Position numbers and translations under genes: made by a program | Shown here: positions 48,166 through 60,051 of the stretch, in pieces | How positions within the stretch are numbered: position 1 is the first letter of the stretch | Layout: each line of letters opens with the position of its first letter | From: Marsupella aquatica | Lineage: Eukaryota; Plantae; Marchantiophyta | Direction of reading: 5' to 3' | Length of the DNA: 64,000 bases | Assembly (NCBI GenBank): GCA_973895155.1 | Contig: OZ316893.1 | Location: 18,073,836-18,137,835 of the forward strand | The notes under the pieces: model-generated | Told to the model about the DNA's origin: nothing | Seen by the model: the letters and a program-made list of their open reading frames with translations, nothing else | The model's database searches: none

Positions 48166-49296
48166 CTAAATGTCGAAGAGGCCTCCAAGATTGACTTTAA
48201 AGAAAAAGGGTCATTCTCAAAGAGATCCTAAAATATGTTGGTGATTGATATCAGTCATAGATAACTGATGAAATTGCTCCTCGCCTACCAATGGCTATTG
48301 GCCTGCTAGTAGTCGCATCTATCTGCTGTTGACATAACAATGTGCTAAGTCTCTTTAGCCACACTTGCTGGAACAATTTTTTCATTGGGTTGGGAGCCTA
48401 TGGTGATCCAATTTGTAAATCCTCTTTGGCTCAATCAGGTATATTTGTATTGATTCCTCTCCCAGATTGTACCCATTAGCTTAATCCCTTATGCCTATTG
48501 AGGATCTTTATCAGACTACGTACGCACCCCACACTTCATTGACGAACACTCTCAATGCCTCACTTTTCTCCTCGATTTTGGAATGACTAGCCCTAATTAC
48601 CATATAAAGGACGCCCCATCAGCCTCACACAACACTTGTGCTCTTGCGCCTTGTTGTACATATATAGGCAATTATGGAAAGATTCGTTCACTTGTAGGTG
48701 TTGTCACACCATTCTAGGTAGTGTTAGAGTGTATCGTACTATCTAGATCCGTATGTTTGGTATGTGTGCTATATGAGCCAATAAGGTTCCATCAGGTTTG
48801 TGTGAGAGGGTACTTCTCACTTGTGAGGCATTGAAAGGTCATCTTTCAATGTTGAGCCTTGGAGAGAGAGGAGCTTGAGTGTGGCTATGGTGGCTGTGAG
48901 CTCTGCTTGTGTAACGTGGATTCCTTGAGTAGTGCAAGGTGCGTTGGCTTGACATACATGTGTGATCGGATCGGTGCGGGATTGATGGGGTATTGTGGAC
49001 CGGGATTGTTGTGCCAATTTTATTCAGATTACATTGAAAGATCAGGAGCTTCAAACTCTGTTGTGCGGACAGAAGCTCAGTCTGAGTTTGTCGTTGACAA
49101 TTTGCGGTAGATTGAATCAATTGGAGCTATGGAGCTGTTGTTTTGATCCGCGGTACCTCAGATCGTGGAGTGGATCGTCGGTAATTTGATTCGCTATAGT
49201 CGGTGTTGAGAAGTTTGTGTCTGATCTATGCTGCCATCTGACAGACCGTATGCTACTGTTCGCGTTTTTGTGAAGTAGATCGGGCCTGTTGAGGTG

Positions 49297-49475
49297 CGGG
49301 TGTTGGTAGATCGAGCCTGCATTGTTGTCGTATGCAAATCTGTTGGGCCGATCTACTATTTTTGCAAGGGAATCAGCCGCGGATGTTGGTAGATTGGACC
49401 TGCATCGTTGTCGTATGCAGATCTGTTGGGCCGATCTATTGTTTTCACAAGGGAAACAGCCGCGGATGTTGTTGG
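49297..49475. repeat. ~83-bp tandem duplication
   Basis: cgg(g/a)tgttggtagat..cctgcat..ttgtcgtatgca.atctgttgggccgatcta..caaggga..cagccg occurs twice. Confidence 0.85.
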
Positions 49476-50463
49476 ATCGTGCAACGATATCGCCTGTGTA
49501 GCAATTTGCAGAACTTGCATGTCGACCTCTGCGTTTTGTTGAAGGAATAGAACTTTGAATGTTGCTGTTTTGGTAGCGGATGCGGGCTGCTGCTGATTAG
49601 AGCGCGGAGGCACTATCGCCTGCGTGTTTGCGAAGGGGAACGACTCGGGATTGTTGCCCATTTTTCGAGGGTTGGATCGCGGATTTGCTATGACAGGGCA
49701 GTGCACACTGTCTGTTGCATTTCTGTGAAGGAAACTCGAGGCCAAAGTGTGGATGTTGCCAAATCTGGAAGTTGGGTCCGGCGTAGCAGTTTAGGGTTTA
49801 GGGTTACTCGGGACAAGGGGCGGAGCAGGAGCGAGCGGGCTGATTTTGGAGCGGCCAATTTGGTGCATAACTACAAGTGAGAAGTCACCCATCCCAAAGC
49901 TATTCCTTCCCCATGCGCTTAACTATGTGGTTCTTAAGTGCTCTTGTGTACACACACTCCTTTCCACTGTGATGTTAATGGAATGAGCACTTAGGCATTT
50001 TATACACATTCTAGTTTGTTTAGGTTGCCATTTTGGGCCAAATCATAAGCTCCCTTAAGGTTTTTGATGCTTTTGAATCCATCTAGATGCATGGATTGAA
50101 CCAATTGTGCATGGATCCTTAGCTACGACATTGAACATTGAGAGACCTATTATGAAGGCCCCACATTGAACATTATAAACATTGTTTGATTGATGTATGA
50201 TCACTATTGATGTGGAGAGTTATTGTGGATCTCTTCTTGTTGATTGGATCCTCTCCACATATGCTTCCTATTTATGCGCCATGTTAGTTTGGCGTGGGCA
50301 CTTGATTCTATAGGAGTGATCCGGGTTTGCAACCGGACATTCTAGTTGTGCTACGTATTTCTCTCCTGGTGATGTTGGAGTGATGCCCAACACACCATGG
50401 TGAGTGCTTGTGTTGTTGATAGGGACAGATTGCCCTTAGGGTTAGCATATAGATTAGGTTAGG

Positions 50464-52121
50464 TTGGTCACCACGGATTCTTCTGGTGCTGCTAGGTTAC
50501 CCAATGGACGACGGACCGGTTTCACTCGGAGTGGGGCGCAATTTCGGCCAGCAGCATTGGTAGCAGTCAACAGTGCAGCTTCAGACAGTGATTTCGACGA
50601 GGACTCAGTGACCAGTTCTCCTCGTCATCAGGTGGTTGCACCTTTGTTGTGGGATATGGACGAGATATACGGGGCTACAAAAGGTCCACGACGATACTCT
50701 GGTGCAGTTGGCACGATTGATCTAGATGACTTCATCCAAGAGTTTGATACGTGGTGCGATATGCAGACATTGCGTAATGCCACATTGTTTACCCCTTTCA
50801 TGGCATGGAAGGGATTATTTCAGCATTTGGAGGGGCCACCCATGGATGACTACCATGAGTTTTGGAAGGCTCATTTGGTTGAGATTGAGGCATGGAGGTA
50901 GCATTGGTTGCCTAATTACGTGTCCATCACTTATGGCACTAGTGCGGCTACCCAACCCATTGCCACAACTGTTGCTTCTTCTAGCAACACTAGCCAGAGT
51001 GGCACACCATCCACCAGTAGCACTCTAGTAGCATCCACTGCTACTCCTGCCGGTGTGATTGTGATAGGGACTGGAGTTGCGCCAACATTTAATCCTGTGG
51101 TGGAATTCTTTGAGGTACTGAAGCAGAACTATCAGGGTGTAAGAACTGATAAGTTGAAGGGTCTCCAGGAGTTTCAGCGCAAGACTAGAGAGAGTCTGCG
51201 TGAGGCATACACTCGTATGCGCAGATTGATCACTGTCACCAAGGGAGTGATAGAGGCTTAGCCAGTCCAGTTTTGGTATGCAATTCTGGACAGAGAATTG
51301 CAACACAGGGTGAGAGATGTCACTCTGCTTAGGGATGCAGATCCCACATTAGTAGTTGTTTTTACATTTTTTGAGCGCATTGAGCTCAATATGGTGAATG
51401 AGAAGGTGGTGACTTCCGGATTTTCCAAGGAAGCACCAAAGGCTGCATCTACATCCACACCACAGCCTATTGCACGGAAGAGCCAGAGAGAGAAGCCTAT
51501 TGCATGAGAGTCTACCAGCCAAAGACCTGTGCCCTCTTGGACAGTAGTCAGGATGTTGGACCTGTGGTGGGGATCATGGACAGAGATATTGCCCTGATCA
51601 TAGAGGATCAGGTGGAGCATCAGTGTGATCACTGTGGAGCTCCTGGACACACCAAGGATAGGTGTTTCTCACTCCATCCTGAGTTACGGAGAGGAGGATC
51701 CCATACACATGATCAGGGAAGAGGAGGAGGAGGTAGAGGTGGTGGACGTGGTCGTGGCATGCCACATGCAGGGAGACAGGGAGGTGACGCTACCTTTGCT
51801 GTAACCACAGATCCAAAGGATGCTAAGATTGCTCAATTGGAACAACAACTAGCTACCATGGCTAGTTCCCAGGTGAGACCTACTTCTAGTGATGGGGCAT
51901 CTACATCCTATGGACCTTCCACATCCCATGGTCCTTCCACATCTTATGGAGCTGATGGAGACCTTGCCACCATGGGATTCATGTGTGGCACTGCACATAG
52001 TGATGCATCAGCAGCTTTGACACGTGGGGCAGCCAAAGCTCTTGAGCCTTGAGGAGCAGTAGTGGAGCTAGATCCACAAAGGGGGGATGCACGTCGGCAG
52101 ACAAAGCTTTCTCAGTCTTTT
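50464..52121 (+). pseudogene. gag: Gag-like gene of a third retroelement, interrupted by element C
   Basis: RYSGAVGTIDLDDFIQEFDTWC, FQRKTRESLREAYTRM, CDHCGAPGHTKDRC knuckle and RGG tract; in-frame stops and a frameshift near 51500. Confidence 0.72.
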
Positions 52122-55100
52122 TGTGGTGCGTCCCATGGCTCCCTAAACCCAAGAAACCCCCCAGCTCAAGCCGATTCCCGCAGGTTTCGTGCTTGGCGAG
52201 GCCGTTTCCGTGGCTTAGCGACATGGGACGCTGCTAACCTTCTACTACTACTATTAACATTTTACACACATATACTGGACAGATCCTTCATCGGGTCATG
52301 AGATACGTAGCCGGCCTAATATAGGCCTTCCCCTGTCTTCCCCTGTCTTCCTGTTAGGTATGTTTGGATTCCGCCGCCGGAATGATCCCCAATAGGCTTG
52401 GTTAAGCCGCTAAGACCTCTCTCAGCTCGACACATCCAACTCTCACTCCCCTGCTTACTTTCCTTCCTTCTGTTGATGTGGGCACTCTTCACACAAGTTA
52501 ATGCGACACACAAATAGCAAAATGACTCATTCTGACTGAGTCATACCATGCACTTGCCATACAAACAGTACATCTCATACACAAGTTCTGCGAACTAAGC
52601 CGTGAGGCCAACTCTATTCAGCTCTTAGGCATGAGGAAACATGAATATACACAAGGGTCACTGTATGACTAACCGAGAGCTTCTCGTACTACTTGATCCC
52701 AGCCCGGCTGGTGCAAACTAAAAACTTGCTAAAGAAGAGGCCCTGAGCTCCCCGCTGCCCAGGTACTTATCCTGGTAGTGGATCCGCCATTCTTTGCATC
52801 GTAAGCCTAATCTACCTGACAGTAATCTACTTGCCCGAATCTACCTATGTACAGCAAGGCAGGAGCACAAGTGTTGCTCCTACCAGTGGGACCGCAATCC
52901 CACTAAGCTAAGTGTCAGGGCCGCTCCTGGTTCTGATCCTAATCCTAAACGTGGAGACCCGCGCCCGCCCTGCCCACTCACGCCTCCTCCCTCCACGTCC
53001 GCCCTCCCTAAAAGGAACGGCGCCCTTGCACCGTCACGACACCGGTGGTGGATCCTCAATGGACGCCCCCAACACTTCCTCCTCAGCCACTGCCGTTGGC
53101 CCGCCTACTGACAGATTACCTGCCCTTGACCGAGTCAACTCTCCATCGGCCTGACTGGGTCCACCTTCGGCTTCAGCCTCGACACCGGCCTCGGCAATAC
53201 CCACGGCTTCGGCCTCAGCCACTCCCACGGCTTCGGCTTCAGCCACTCCCTCGGCTTCGGCCTCAGCCACCCCCACGGCTTCGGCCTCCCCTTCCCCTAG
53301 GGTAGTTGGATCCTTAGCCGTGACCCTGTCTGGGGTCGGTGCTGGGTCTACCTCCTTGATCACCACGGCCTGTGAAGTCGTATTACTCCTTGACCCTGGA
53401 GGTTTCCGCTTCTTCTTCGTTGGTGGCTCGGCAGCTGGTCCCTTCCCCTTCCCACTTACTTCCGGCACTGGTGCAGTTGACGCGGCTTGTCCTTCGGCAA
53501 TTACCACCCCTGGTAACTGGTTTGTCCCAACGGGAGATGGACCTGCTGCAGCTAAGCATTTAAATACTGCGGTTTGTTTCTTCAGCCGCTCAGTTTGGTT
53601 GTCGGCCCGCCGCTGTAGGTTCTCCATCTTCCTCGTGATTTCCTCCAACTCCTCTTGGGTTTCATCCAGGTCCTTACGTGCCCCCTCCAGCTCGTTTTTG
53701 GCCTCCTCCTGCTCCCTGTGGGCTTCCTCCAATTCCTTCTTCAAGGTAGCCCTCTCCTCCTGGGTTGCTCTTAGCTCCTTGTCGAGCTCTGCAATGATGA
53801 CAGACTCCATCTGGTTCATCTTGGCGTAAGTCTGTTCGAGCATCTCGTCCTTCTCCCTTAGGTCGGCCTTGAAGCTGGCCGTCAGGGACGCAAGCTCCTG
53901 CTACAGCGCCATAATCCCTTGATAGGATTTCCCTAACTCGACCTCCTTCTGCTCAAGGGCTCCGCGGATTTTCTCGAGCTCCCCTTTCAACGCCCATTCC
54001 TTTCTTTGGGTCTCCGCCATGGCCCGGCTGTTGGCTGTTATGTGGGCCTCCTCTGTATTCTTCAGCTCTTGCTTCCACTTTTCCCTCTCTTTGATCGTGT
54101 CGGCCAACTCTTCCTGCGTCTGAGTCAGTTTATCCTTGATATTCTGATTATCAGCCTGCGCCGCGTCCAACTGCCCCTGCATGATGTTCAGTTCATGTCG
54201 TTTAATCCGCAGTTCATCTTGGGCTTTCTTGGCCGCCCTTAGATCTTCAATCTCGGCTCCCATCCTCCTAAGCCGCCGAATGACCTCGTCCTTCTTGCTT
54301 CTCTCTAAAGCCACCGCTTCTTCTAATTGGTGCTTCTCCAACTGCTCCCTATGGAAAAAGGGTCCTACCTCCAACTCCTCTCCAAAGATGCCGAGCGCAA
54401 GTTCCCCACACATCTCACCATACTCCATGGCTCTATTCTTAGCGTAGGTGGAGTAAGTAGAAGTGATCGGCATCGCCCATCGTGGCCTCTGCTCCCAAGC
54501 CGTCCTGCGGATCTCTTCAATCGTGGCTAGAGGTTTGCTTCCTTTTTCGGCTAGCCGCCTGATGTCCTCCGGCCAATCTCCTCCTGGTAAATCCTTTTCC
54601 TTAGCCAGGGCGGCCTCTTCCTCCTGCTTGATTCGCTCCTGAAATTCCTGCACCGTCTGTTTTATGCCGTCGAAGCTCGGGGGAGCAACATCTGGTGGGG
54701 GAGACTCAGGGCTACTCTGCTGGTTGGGGTCCCCTCGCACTACCCTTGGAAGTGTGGGGACAAACCGGCCACAGGTCCTTACTCCTGGAACGTGATGGTC
54801 CGACCCATAGCCGGAATTATCATGGCTACAGTCCTCCACTGCCTCCTCTACCTCTTGGACGTCCGGCTTCTCCCTCTCCTCTTCGTCGGTAGGAGCTTCA
54901 GGCAATTCTGCCTCAGATTCGGAGCTTGAGGTTCCCACGTACATTCGAACACCTGGCTTGGATTCCGGCCTGATTCTCTCCTTGTCTCCAGCAAAGGGGT
55001 TTTCTCTTGTGAGCCGGTGTAGGCCTACCTCTGTAGTAGTGTCCTGCATTGTTGCCGTTGCCGTTGTTGTTGCCGATGCCGATTTCTTTTCTTTCTCCAG

Positions 55101-56796
55101 TAGTTTCAGTAGACTCTGCATGCCTGGTTGCTGCATCGGCAAGTCTTCCTTCCTGGGCCTAAACACCTGCTCGATCGTAGGACTAACAGGTGGTTGAGGC
55201 TTCTCAGCCAACGGCCTCGGCGTTGGAGCTTCCTCGGGTGCCCTTACTTGCAGGGGAAGTACCGGGGCAAAAGTCTGACTTCTGGCATACTGGCACAACA
55301 GCGGCATGTGATAGCCAAGCCGCGACACGCTCCCCATGCCGATTACCTGCTGCTCCTCCTTTAAGATCTTCTTCAATTGGTTGAGGAGGTACCCGTTGTA
55401 GTCCCGGCTTGGGTCTGGCCTTTCTGCCAGATAGACCTGTGCCTTGCCGATCTCTGCCCTCGGTAAGTTACAATGCATGGTCACCCGCAAGAAGTCGATC
55501 ATCTCTCCTATGTGCGGGTTGGTGCAGGTGTTCCGGAAGAAGCCATTCTTTGTTGATGGCCCGGGGAACGACCGGAACTCCTTGTCAGGCAAGGTCTTCC
55601 TGGTATCAACTTTGGTCTTATTGCCTATCGGCAGGCCAAACACTTCGGCAATTACCTTGGGAGTAAGATAGAAATCCTTCCCATATATCCTCGTGCAATT
55701 GGTCTCGGGTTCCCATGACCCCACGAATTCTAATAGGTCTGACTCCGGTACCTCCGGCTTCAGCCATGGTAATCTTACAAAGGCCTCCAAGCCGGATCCG
55801 GCCATGAAGCCTTGGTACTTCTTGGTCTGCATGGCCGTAAAGCATGCATCCTCCTCCTGTGCAAAATGTAGTTGCACCTCCACCGGTAGGGTTGCCGCCC
55901 AGCCCTTCCAGGTGTCATCCCTGGTTGGAATGGCCTTGATGGGATCGACCTCCTCCTCTTCGGCTTCTCCCTGCCTCCTGCTCTGCTGCTCGGCTGGCTT
56001 CTTTGGTGCCGCCGACCTCGTTCTTTTTGCCGGGGTGGCTTCATCGTTGATGGCTCCCTTCCTCTTCATCTCTGCTGCCGTGGAGGTTTCTCCTAGCACC
56101 GTTGCCTGGGTCCACCTTTCCGTGCTACCCTTTAATTCCCAGTGTATGTCGTTGCAGTTCTTGATGGCCTCTCGGATGCCGACGACGCTGTCTTTGCAAA
56201 ACAGAAGATCGTCGAGTTGATTGGAAGTAGGCGTCCACAGGAACTCGTCCTTGATGAGTTCGCCTCCTAAGAAAGCCGTCTTCTGCAGCTCCCACAATCG
56301 AGCGAGCTCCTGCCGTTCTCGAGCTGCCCTTTCTGACTCCTCGTCCTCGTAAGTCTTGATGTACTCAGTTGCCCGTTCGAACAGGCATCCCCAGAAATGT
56401 GCCGCTTGATTGACGTTGCTCATACCCTCCTTAGGTTGATCGTCGGTATCTACTCTCTCCCCGAGTGCTTGCCTAAGCAGCTGACAGTAGTTGGCCTCCC
56501 GTAGTCGTCTGCCTAGTTCGTGCTCGCAAATGAGCCACCATCTCCTGCAAGCGCTCCTTACCCCTCTCCTCTGCCGGTCCTTCTTCCCGTTGATCCTTCC
56601 TAGCCGCCGACGCTTAACGCGCCCTAACCCTAATCGGGTTTTCACCCTTAGCCTTACCTCCGGCCTCTGCCCGGGTTCCATGGTTGCCCCTAATTGTTTA
56701 TATTTTCCTTGTTTTGTCACTATACTAAGGTGTTCCTAGGGTGCCTTCCTGCTTTACCCACTTAACCGGCCGAGTGATTCCTGTCTAGGCATCACA
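52122..56796 (-). repeat. 3' LTR of element C (4675 bp)
   Basis: TGTGATGCC...GCACCACA on the minus strand; both ends coincide with the solo LTR 22488-27141; repeated from 63020. Confidence 0.94.
53034..56720 (-). CDS. LTR-encoded protein of family C (frame of about 1,200 codons; PMD-like domain + long coiled coil) with one internal TAG at 53901-53903
   Basis: ORFs 53901-56720 and 53034-53843 share a frame; the solo copy has CAG at the interrupted codon; start uncertain (ATG 56681 or 56423). Confidence 0.85.
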
Positions 56797-58584
56797 TAGC
56801 TCCCCACTTAATTGTGAAGCGTCCTCGCGAACAACTTCATCTTCGTCCATATAGTATTTCTTGAGGCGGTCATAATGGATGCGAACTGGATATACCTCTC
56901 CCGTAATGTTGGCCAATTGTACGGAGCCATTGGGGAACATCATGGTTACTCTAAAGGGTCCTAACCAGCGAGTGTAAAGCTTTCCTGGAAACCTACTATA
57001 CCTACTGTCATAAAGTAGCACAAGATCACCGGTATGAATACTAACTACTTTTAACCTTTTATCATACTGCTGCTTCATGATATTCTGTCTATATTCTACT
57101 CTCTCGGCTGAAATCATTCTCGCTTCCTCTAAAGCTTCTAACCTATATTCTCGCTCCTTTAGGCTCTCCTCCGCTGAGGCTCTTTCCTCAATTGTAACTT
57201 GAAATGTCGGTATCTCAAGTTGCATGGGTACCAGGGCTTCTTGTCCAAAGGTTAAGAAGAAGGGTGTATGACCGGTAGTGGATTTATAGGCAAGATTGTA
57301 AGCAAAAACAGCAGCAAACAATTTATCATCCCAATCGAGTTTGTTCTGAGCTACTGTCTTGTTCAATATCTTTCCTATGATCCCGTTTGCTCGTTCTGTC
57401 AACCCGTTTGCCTTTGGATGGTAGGGAGTAGTAGTCCTATGTTTAACTAAATACTGCTCAATTAAACGACTAATTATATCATTCAAAAAATGGGTTCCTC
57501 TATCACTAACTAATTCTAGGGGTGCTCCATACCTGGTGAAGATCTGCTCATACATGAATCTAGCCGTAGTAATTGCATCATCCTTCGTTGTTGGTCTGGC
57601 CTCTACCCATTTAGTTGCATAATCCGTAGCCAAGATTATGTACTTGTTCCGTCGAGGGTGGGTCAGTGGTTTCAGAGGTCCAATGTAATCAATACCCCAC
57701 TTCTCGAATGGTGCCAGAGGTAGAATAGGGTGCAGTGGATGCCTGGTGGACGCCCTTGGTCCTCCCGCTTGTTGACAAGGATCGCATTGTTTGATAAACT
57801 GATAGACATCTTTGTGCAAGGTGGGCCACCAGTAACCGGCATTTAATATCTTCTTAGACGTGGTTACTGGGGCAAAATGTCCTCCGGCCTCCTCTCCATG
57901 CATGGCCCGTAGGACTCGTTTTACCTCTCTCTTTTCCAAACACCTTTGAATCGTGCCGTTGATTCCATGCTTGTGCAGTATGCCTTTAATGCACTGATAC
58001 TGTCTGACCTTCCGCACAAAGACTGCGGCTTGCTCTCGGCTTAATCCTGGCTGTAATCTGGAAGTGCTGAGAAATTGTAAAATCTCAGGGTACCATGTAC
58101 CAGCTATTTCCACAATGAATAGCTCCTCGTCGGGGAATCGATCATCGATGCAATCCATGGCAGGTTTACCTGTGATCCTTGAAAAGAAGTCGGCATTGGC
58201 ATGTAACTTTCCCGGCTTGATCCTCAGCTCATAGTCAAACTCCTGTAATAGCAAAATCCATCTTGCTACTCTGCCTGTAAGGTCCGGCTTATTGACTAGG
58301 TACTTCAAACTTTCATGATCAGTATGAAAGATTACCTTGTACCCTAGTAAATAATGCCTAAACTTTTTACAAGAATAAATGACTCCTAATGCTTCTCTTT
58401 CCGTGGTAGAGTAGTTCCGTTCGGCATCGGCAAGCTGACGGCTTGCGAAGTATATGGGATGGTCCCTTCCTTTCTCATCCAACTGACTTAGTACTGAGCC
58501 AATACAGAAGCCCGAGACATCTACAAAAACATGAAAATCTTTGTTCCAGTCCGGTGCTATCATGACTGGGGCCTCTACTAACAT
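56785..58584 (-). CDS. pol: Pol of element C: RNase H + integrase
   Basis: DVSGFCIGSVLSQ, ERNYSTTEREAL, TDH; HHCC (MHGEEAGGHF..CDPCQ), WGIDYIGP, SDRGTHF, YHPKANGLTER, WLGPF; the stop lies inside the 3' LTR. Confidence 0.95.
   Translation of the reverse strand: MLVEAPVMIAPDWNKDFHVFVDVSGFCIGSVLSQLDEKGRDHPIYFASRQLADAERNYSTTEREALGVIYSCKKFRHYLLGYKVIFHTDHESLKYLVNKPDLTGRVARWILLLQEFDYELRIKPGKLHANADFFSRITGKPAMDCIDDRFPDEELFIVEIAGTWYPEILQFLSTSRLQPGLSREQAAVFVRKVRQYQCIKGILHKHGINGTIQRCLEKREVKRVLRAMHGEEAGGHFAPVTTSKKILNAGYWWPTLHKDVYQFIKQCDPCQQAGGPRASTRHPLHPILPLAPFEKWGIDYIGPLKPLTHPRRNKYIILATDYATKWVEARPTTKDDAITTARFMYEQIFTRYGAPLELVSDRGTHFLNDIISRLIEQYLVKHRTTTPYHPKANGLTERANGIIGKILNKTVAQNKLDWDDKLFAAVFAYNLAYKSTTGHTPFFLTFGQEALVPMQLEIPTFQVTIEERASAEESLKEREYRLEALEEARMISAERVEYRQNIMKQQYDKRLKVVSIHTGDLVLLYDSRYSRFPGKLYTRWLGPFRVTMMFPNGSVQLANITGEVYPVRIHYDRLKKYYMDEDEVVREDASQLSGELCDA
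56799..56810 (-). promoter_or_regulatory. 3' polypurine tract
   Basis: TAAGTGGGGAGC lies 2 nt upstream of the 3' LTR start (56796). Confidence 0.75.
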
Positions 58585-60051
58585 CTACTTCAATTCTACC
58601 ACCGCTGTGACTCGTTCGGGTGTGGGTTCGAAGTCTGCTCCTGCCTTGAGCATATTGGTTAATGGTAAAGCTAGCTTGGCAAAATCCTTGATGAACCGGC
58701 GATAGTAACCAATGCATCCCAAGAAGGATCTTACATCCTTTATGTTCTTAGGTTGCATGATATCTAGCCATACTGCTAGCTTACCTTTGTCAATCTCAAT
58801 GCCCTTCCTTGATACTTTGTGACCTAGTAGCACCCCCTCGGTTATTGCAAAAAAACATTTATCTGGGTGTAACTTGAGACCCACCTCTCTACATCTCATG
58901 AAGGTTTTCCTGAGGTATTTAGCATGTTTCGATGCCTTCCCGAATACTGCAAAGTCATCAATGAAGATTTCCATGAACTTTCTCAAGTAATCATGAAAAA
59001 TGTTCACCATTAATCGTTGGAACATAGCTGGTGCGTTGCAGAGTCCAAACGGCATACGATTGAAGACATAGATCCCCCATTCCGTGATGAAGGCCGTCTT
59101 GATTTGGTCTTCCTGCCGAATCCTGATTTGGTTATAACCAGAGTATCCATCCATGAATGAATATAGTTCATGACTGGCTACCATGTCTAGTACCATATCA
59201 GTAAATGGTAAAGGAAAATGGTCTTTTAATGTTGCTTCATTCAGCTTCCTGTAATCCTGACAAACCCGGATCTTGGGTTTACCATCGGGTCCAGCTTTCT
59301 TGGGAACTATCACAATTGGAGACACCCAGTCTGAATGCAAGACTGGAGTGATGAATCCAGCTTCCACTAGTTTGTCGATTTCTGTTTTGACCAGCAGGGA
59401 ATACTTCGGGTTCATCCTTCGAATTGGTTGTCGAAATGATTTGGCTCCTAACATGAGATCAATTCGATGTTCCCCTAGTGTTGGATCTACTCCCTTTAGA
59501 TCTTGGTGACTCCATGCAAACACATCCTGAAATTCAATCAATAAGTCACTGATCTCTTTCTCGAGCTCAGGTGCTAGGTTTCTCCCTAAGTTCAGTTCTC
59601 TTCCCTCTCCTAAGTCGAGCTTCCGATATTGCCGTGCTTGGATCATATTAATCTGCTTCTTCAAATTCGGGTCCAGTTCGGCTTCCAGTCTCTCTAATCT
59701 CATACCTCCATAAACTGGGATCTCGGCTGGACTAGCCGAGTCGGTCCCTTCCTTGGTGTCCATAGATTGTCCCCTTACCGGTCTATTCGGTTTTGAATTA
59801 GTGGTCGGCTCCCCTTCCTGCCTTGGCTCTAGATCGTGTCTGTCCATCTCATCCACCTCTTGCTCCTGAGAGTTAGGCCGCTGTGCTCTCTCGGCTTCTA
59901 ATAGGGCCTCAATTTGTTCTGCCCTCGTAATCGGCTTGTATGCCGATCCCTTGGTATTTAATTCCTTGCCGATGATCGATGGCGTTGTGGACCCCGTCGG
60001 CTCTGCCACAACGCCTGCAGAAAATCCACTGTCCCTGCTACTGCTCCCCAC
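58585..60051 (-). CDS. pol: Pol of element C: reverse transcriptase, in frame with RH-IN across a TAG at 58585-58587
   Basis: DVFAWSH, WVSPIVIVPKK, DYRKLN, DGYSGYNQI, MPFGLCNAP, FIDD, FLGCIGYYRRFI. Confidence 0.95.
   Translation of the reverse strand: MGSSSRDSGFSAGVVAEPTGSTTPSIIGKELNTKGSAYKPITRAEQIEALLEAERAQRPNSQEQEVDEMDRHDLEPRQEGEPTTNSKPNRPVRGQSMDTKEGTDSASPAEIPVYGGMRLERLEAELDPNLKKQINMIQARQYRKLDLGEGRELNLGRNLAPELEKEISDLLIEFQDVFAWSHQDLKGVDPTLGEHRIDLMLGAKSFRQPIRRMNPKYSLLVKTEIDKLVEAGFITPVLHSDWVSPIVIVPKKAGPDGKPKIRVCQDYRKLNEATLKDHFPLPFTDMVLDMVASHELYSFMDGYSGYNQIRIRQEDQIKTAFITEWGIYVFNRMPFGLCNAPAMFQRLMVNIFHDYLRKFMEIFIDDFAVFGKASKHAKYLRKTFMRCREVGLKLHPDKCFFAITEGVLLGHKVSRKGIEIDKGKLAVWLDIMQPKNIKDVRSFLGCIGYYRRFIKDFAKLALPLTNMLKAGADFEPTPERVTAVVELK

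Noticed and set aside
47964-48708. TGTGACA..TGTCACA segment as an LTR of the gag at 50464
   Set aside because: No TSD and no TGG-starting PBS next to it; boundaries unsupported.
49789-49805. TTTAGGG repeats as telomeric sequence
   Set aside because: Only two units; telo-box-like at most.
53166-53290. 24-bp repeat encoding AEAVGVAE units
   Set aside because: Simple in-frame expansion in the low-complexity tail of the LTR protein; shorter in the solo copy.
58585-58587. TAG between RT and RNase H of element C as readthrough
   Set aside because: Element A is open here and there is no readthrough context; probably a point mutation.
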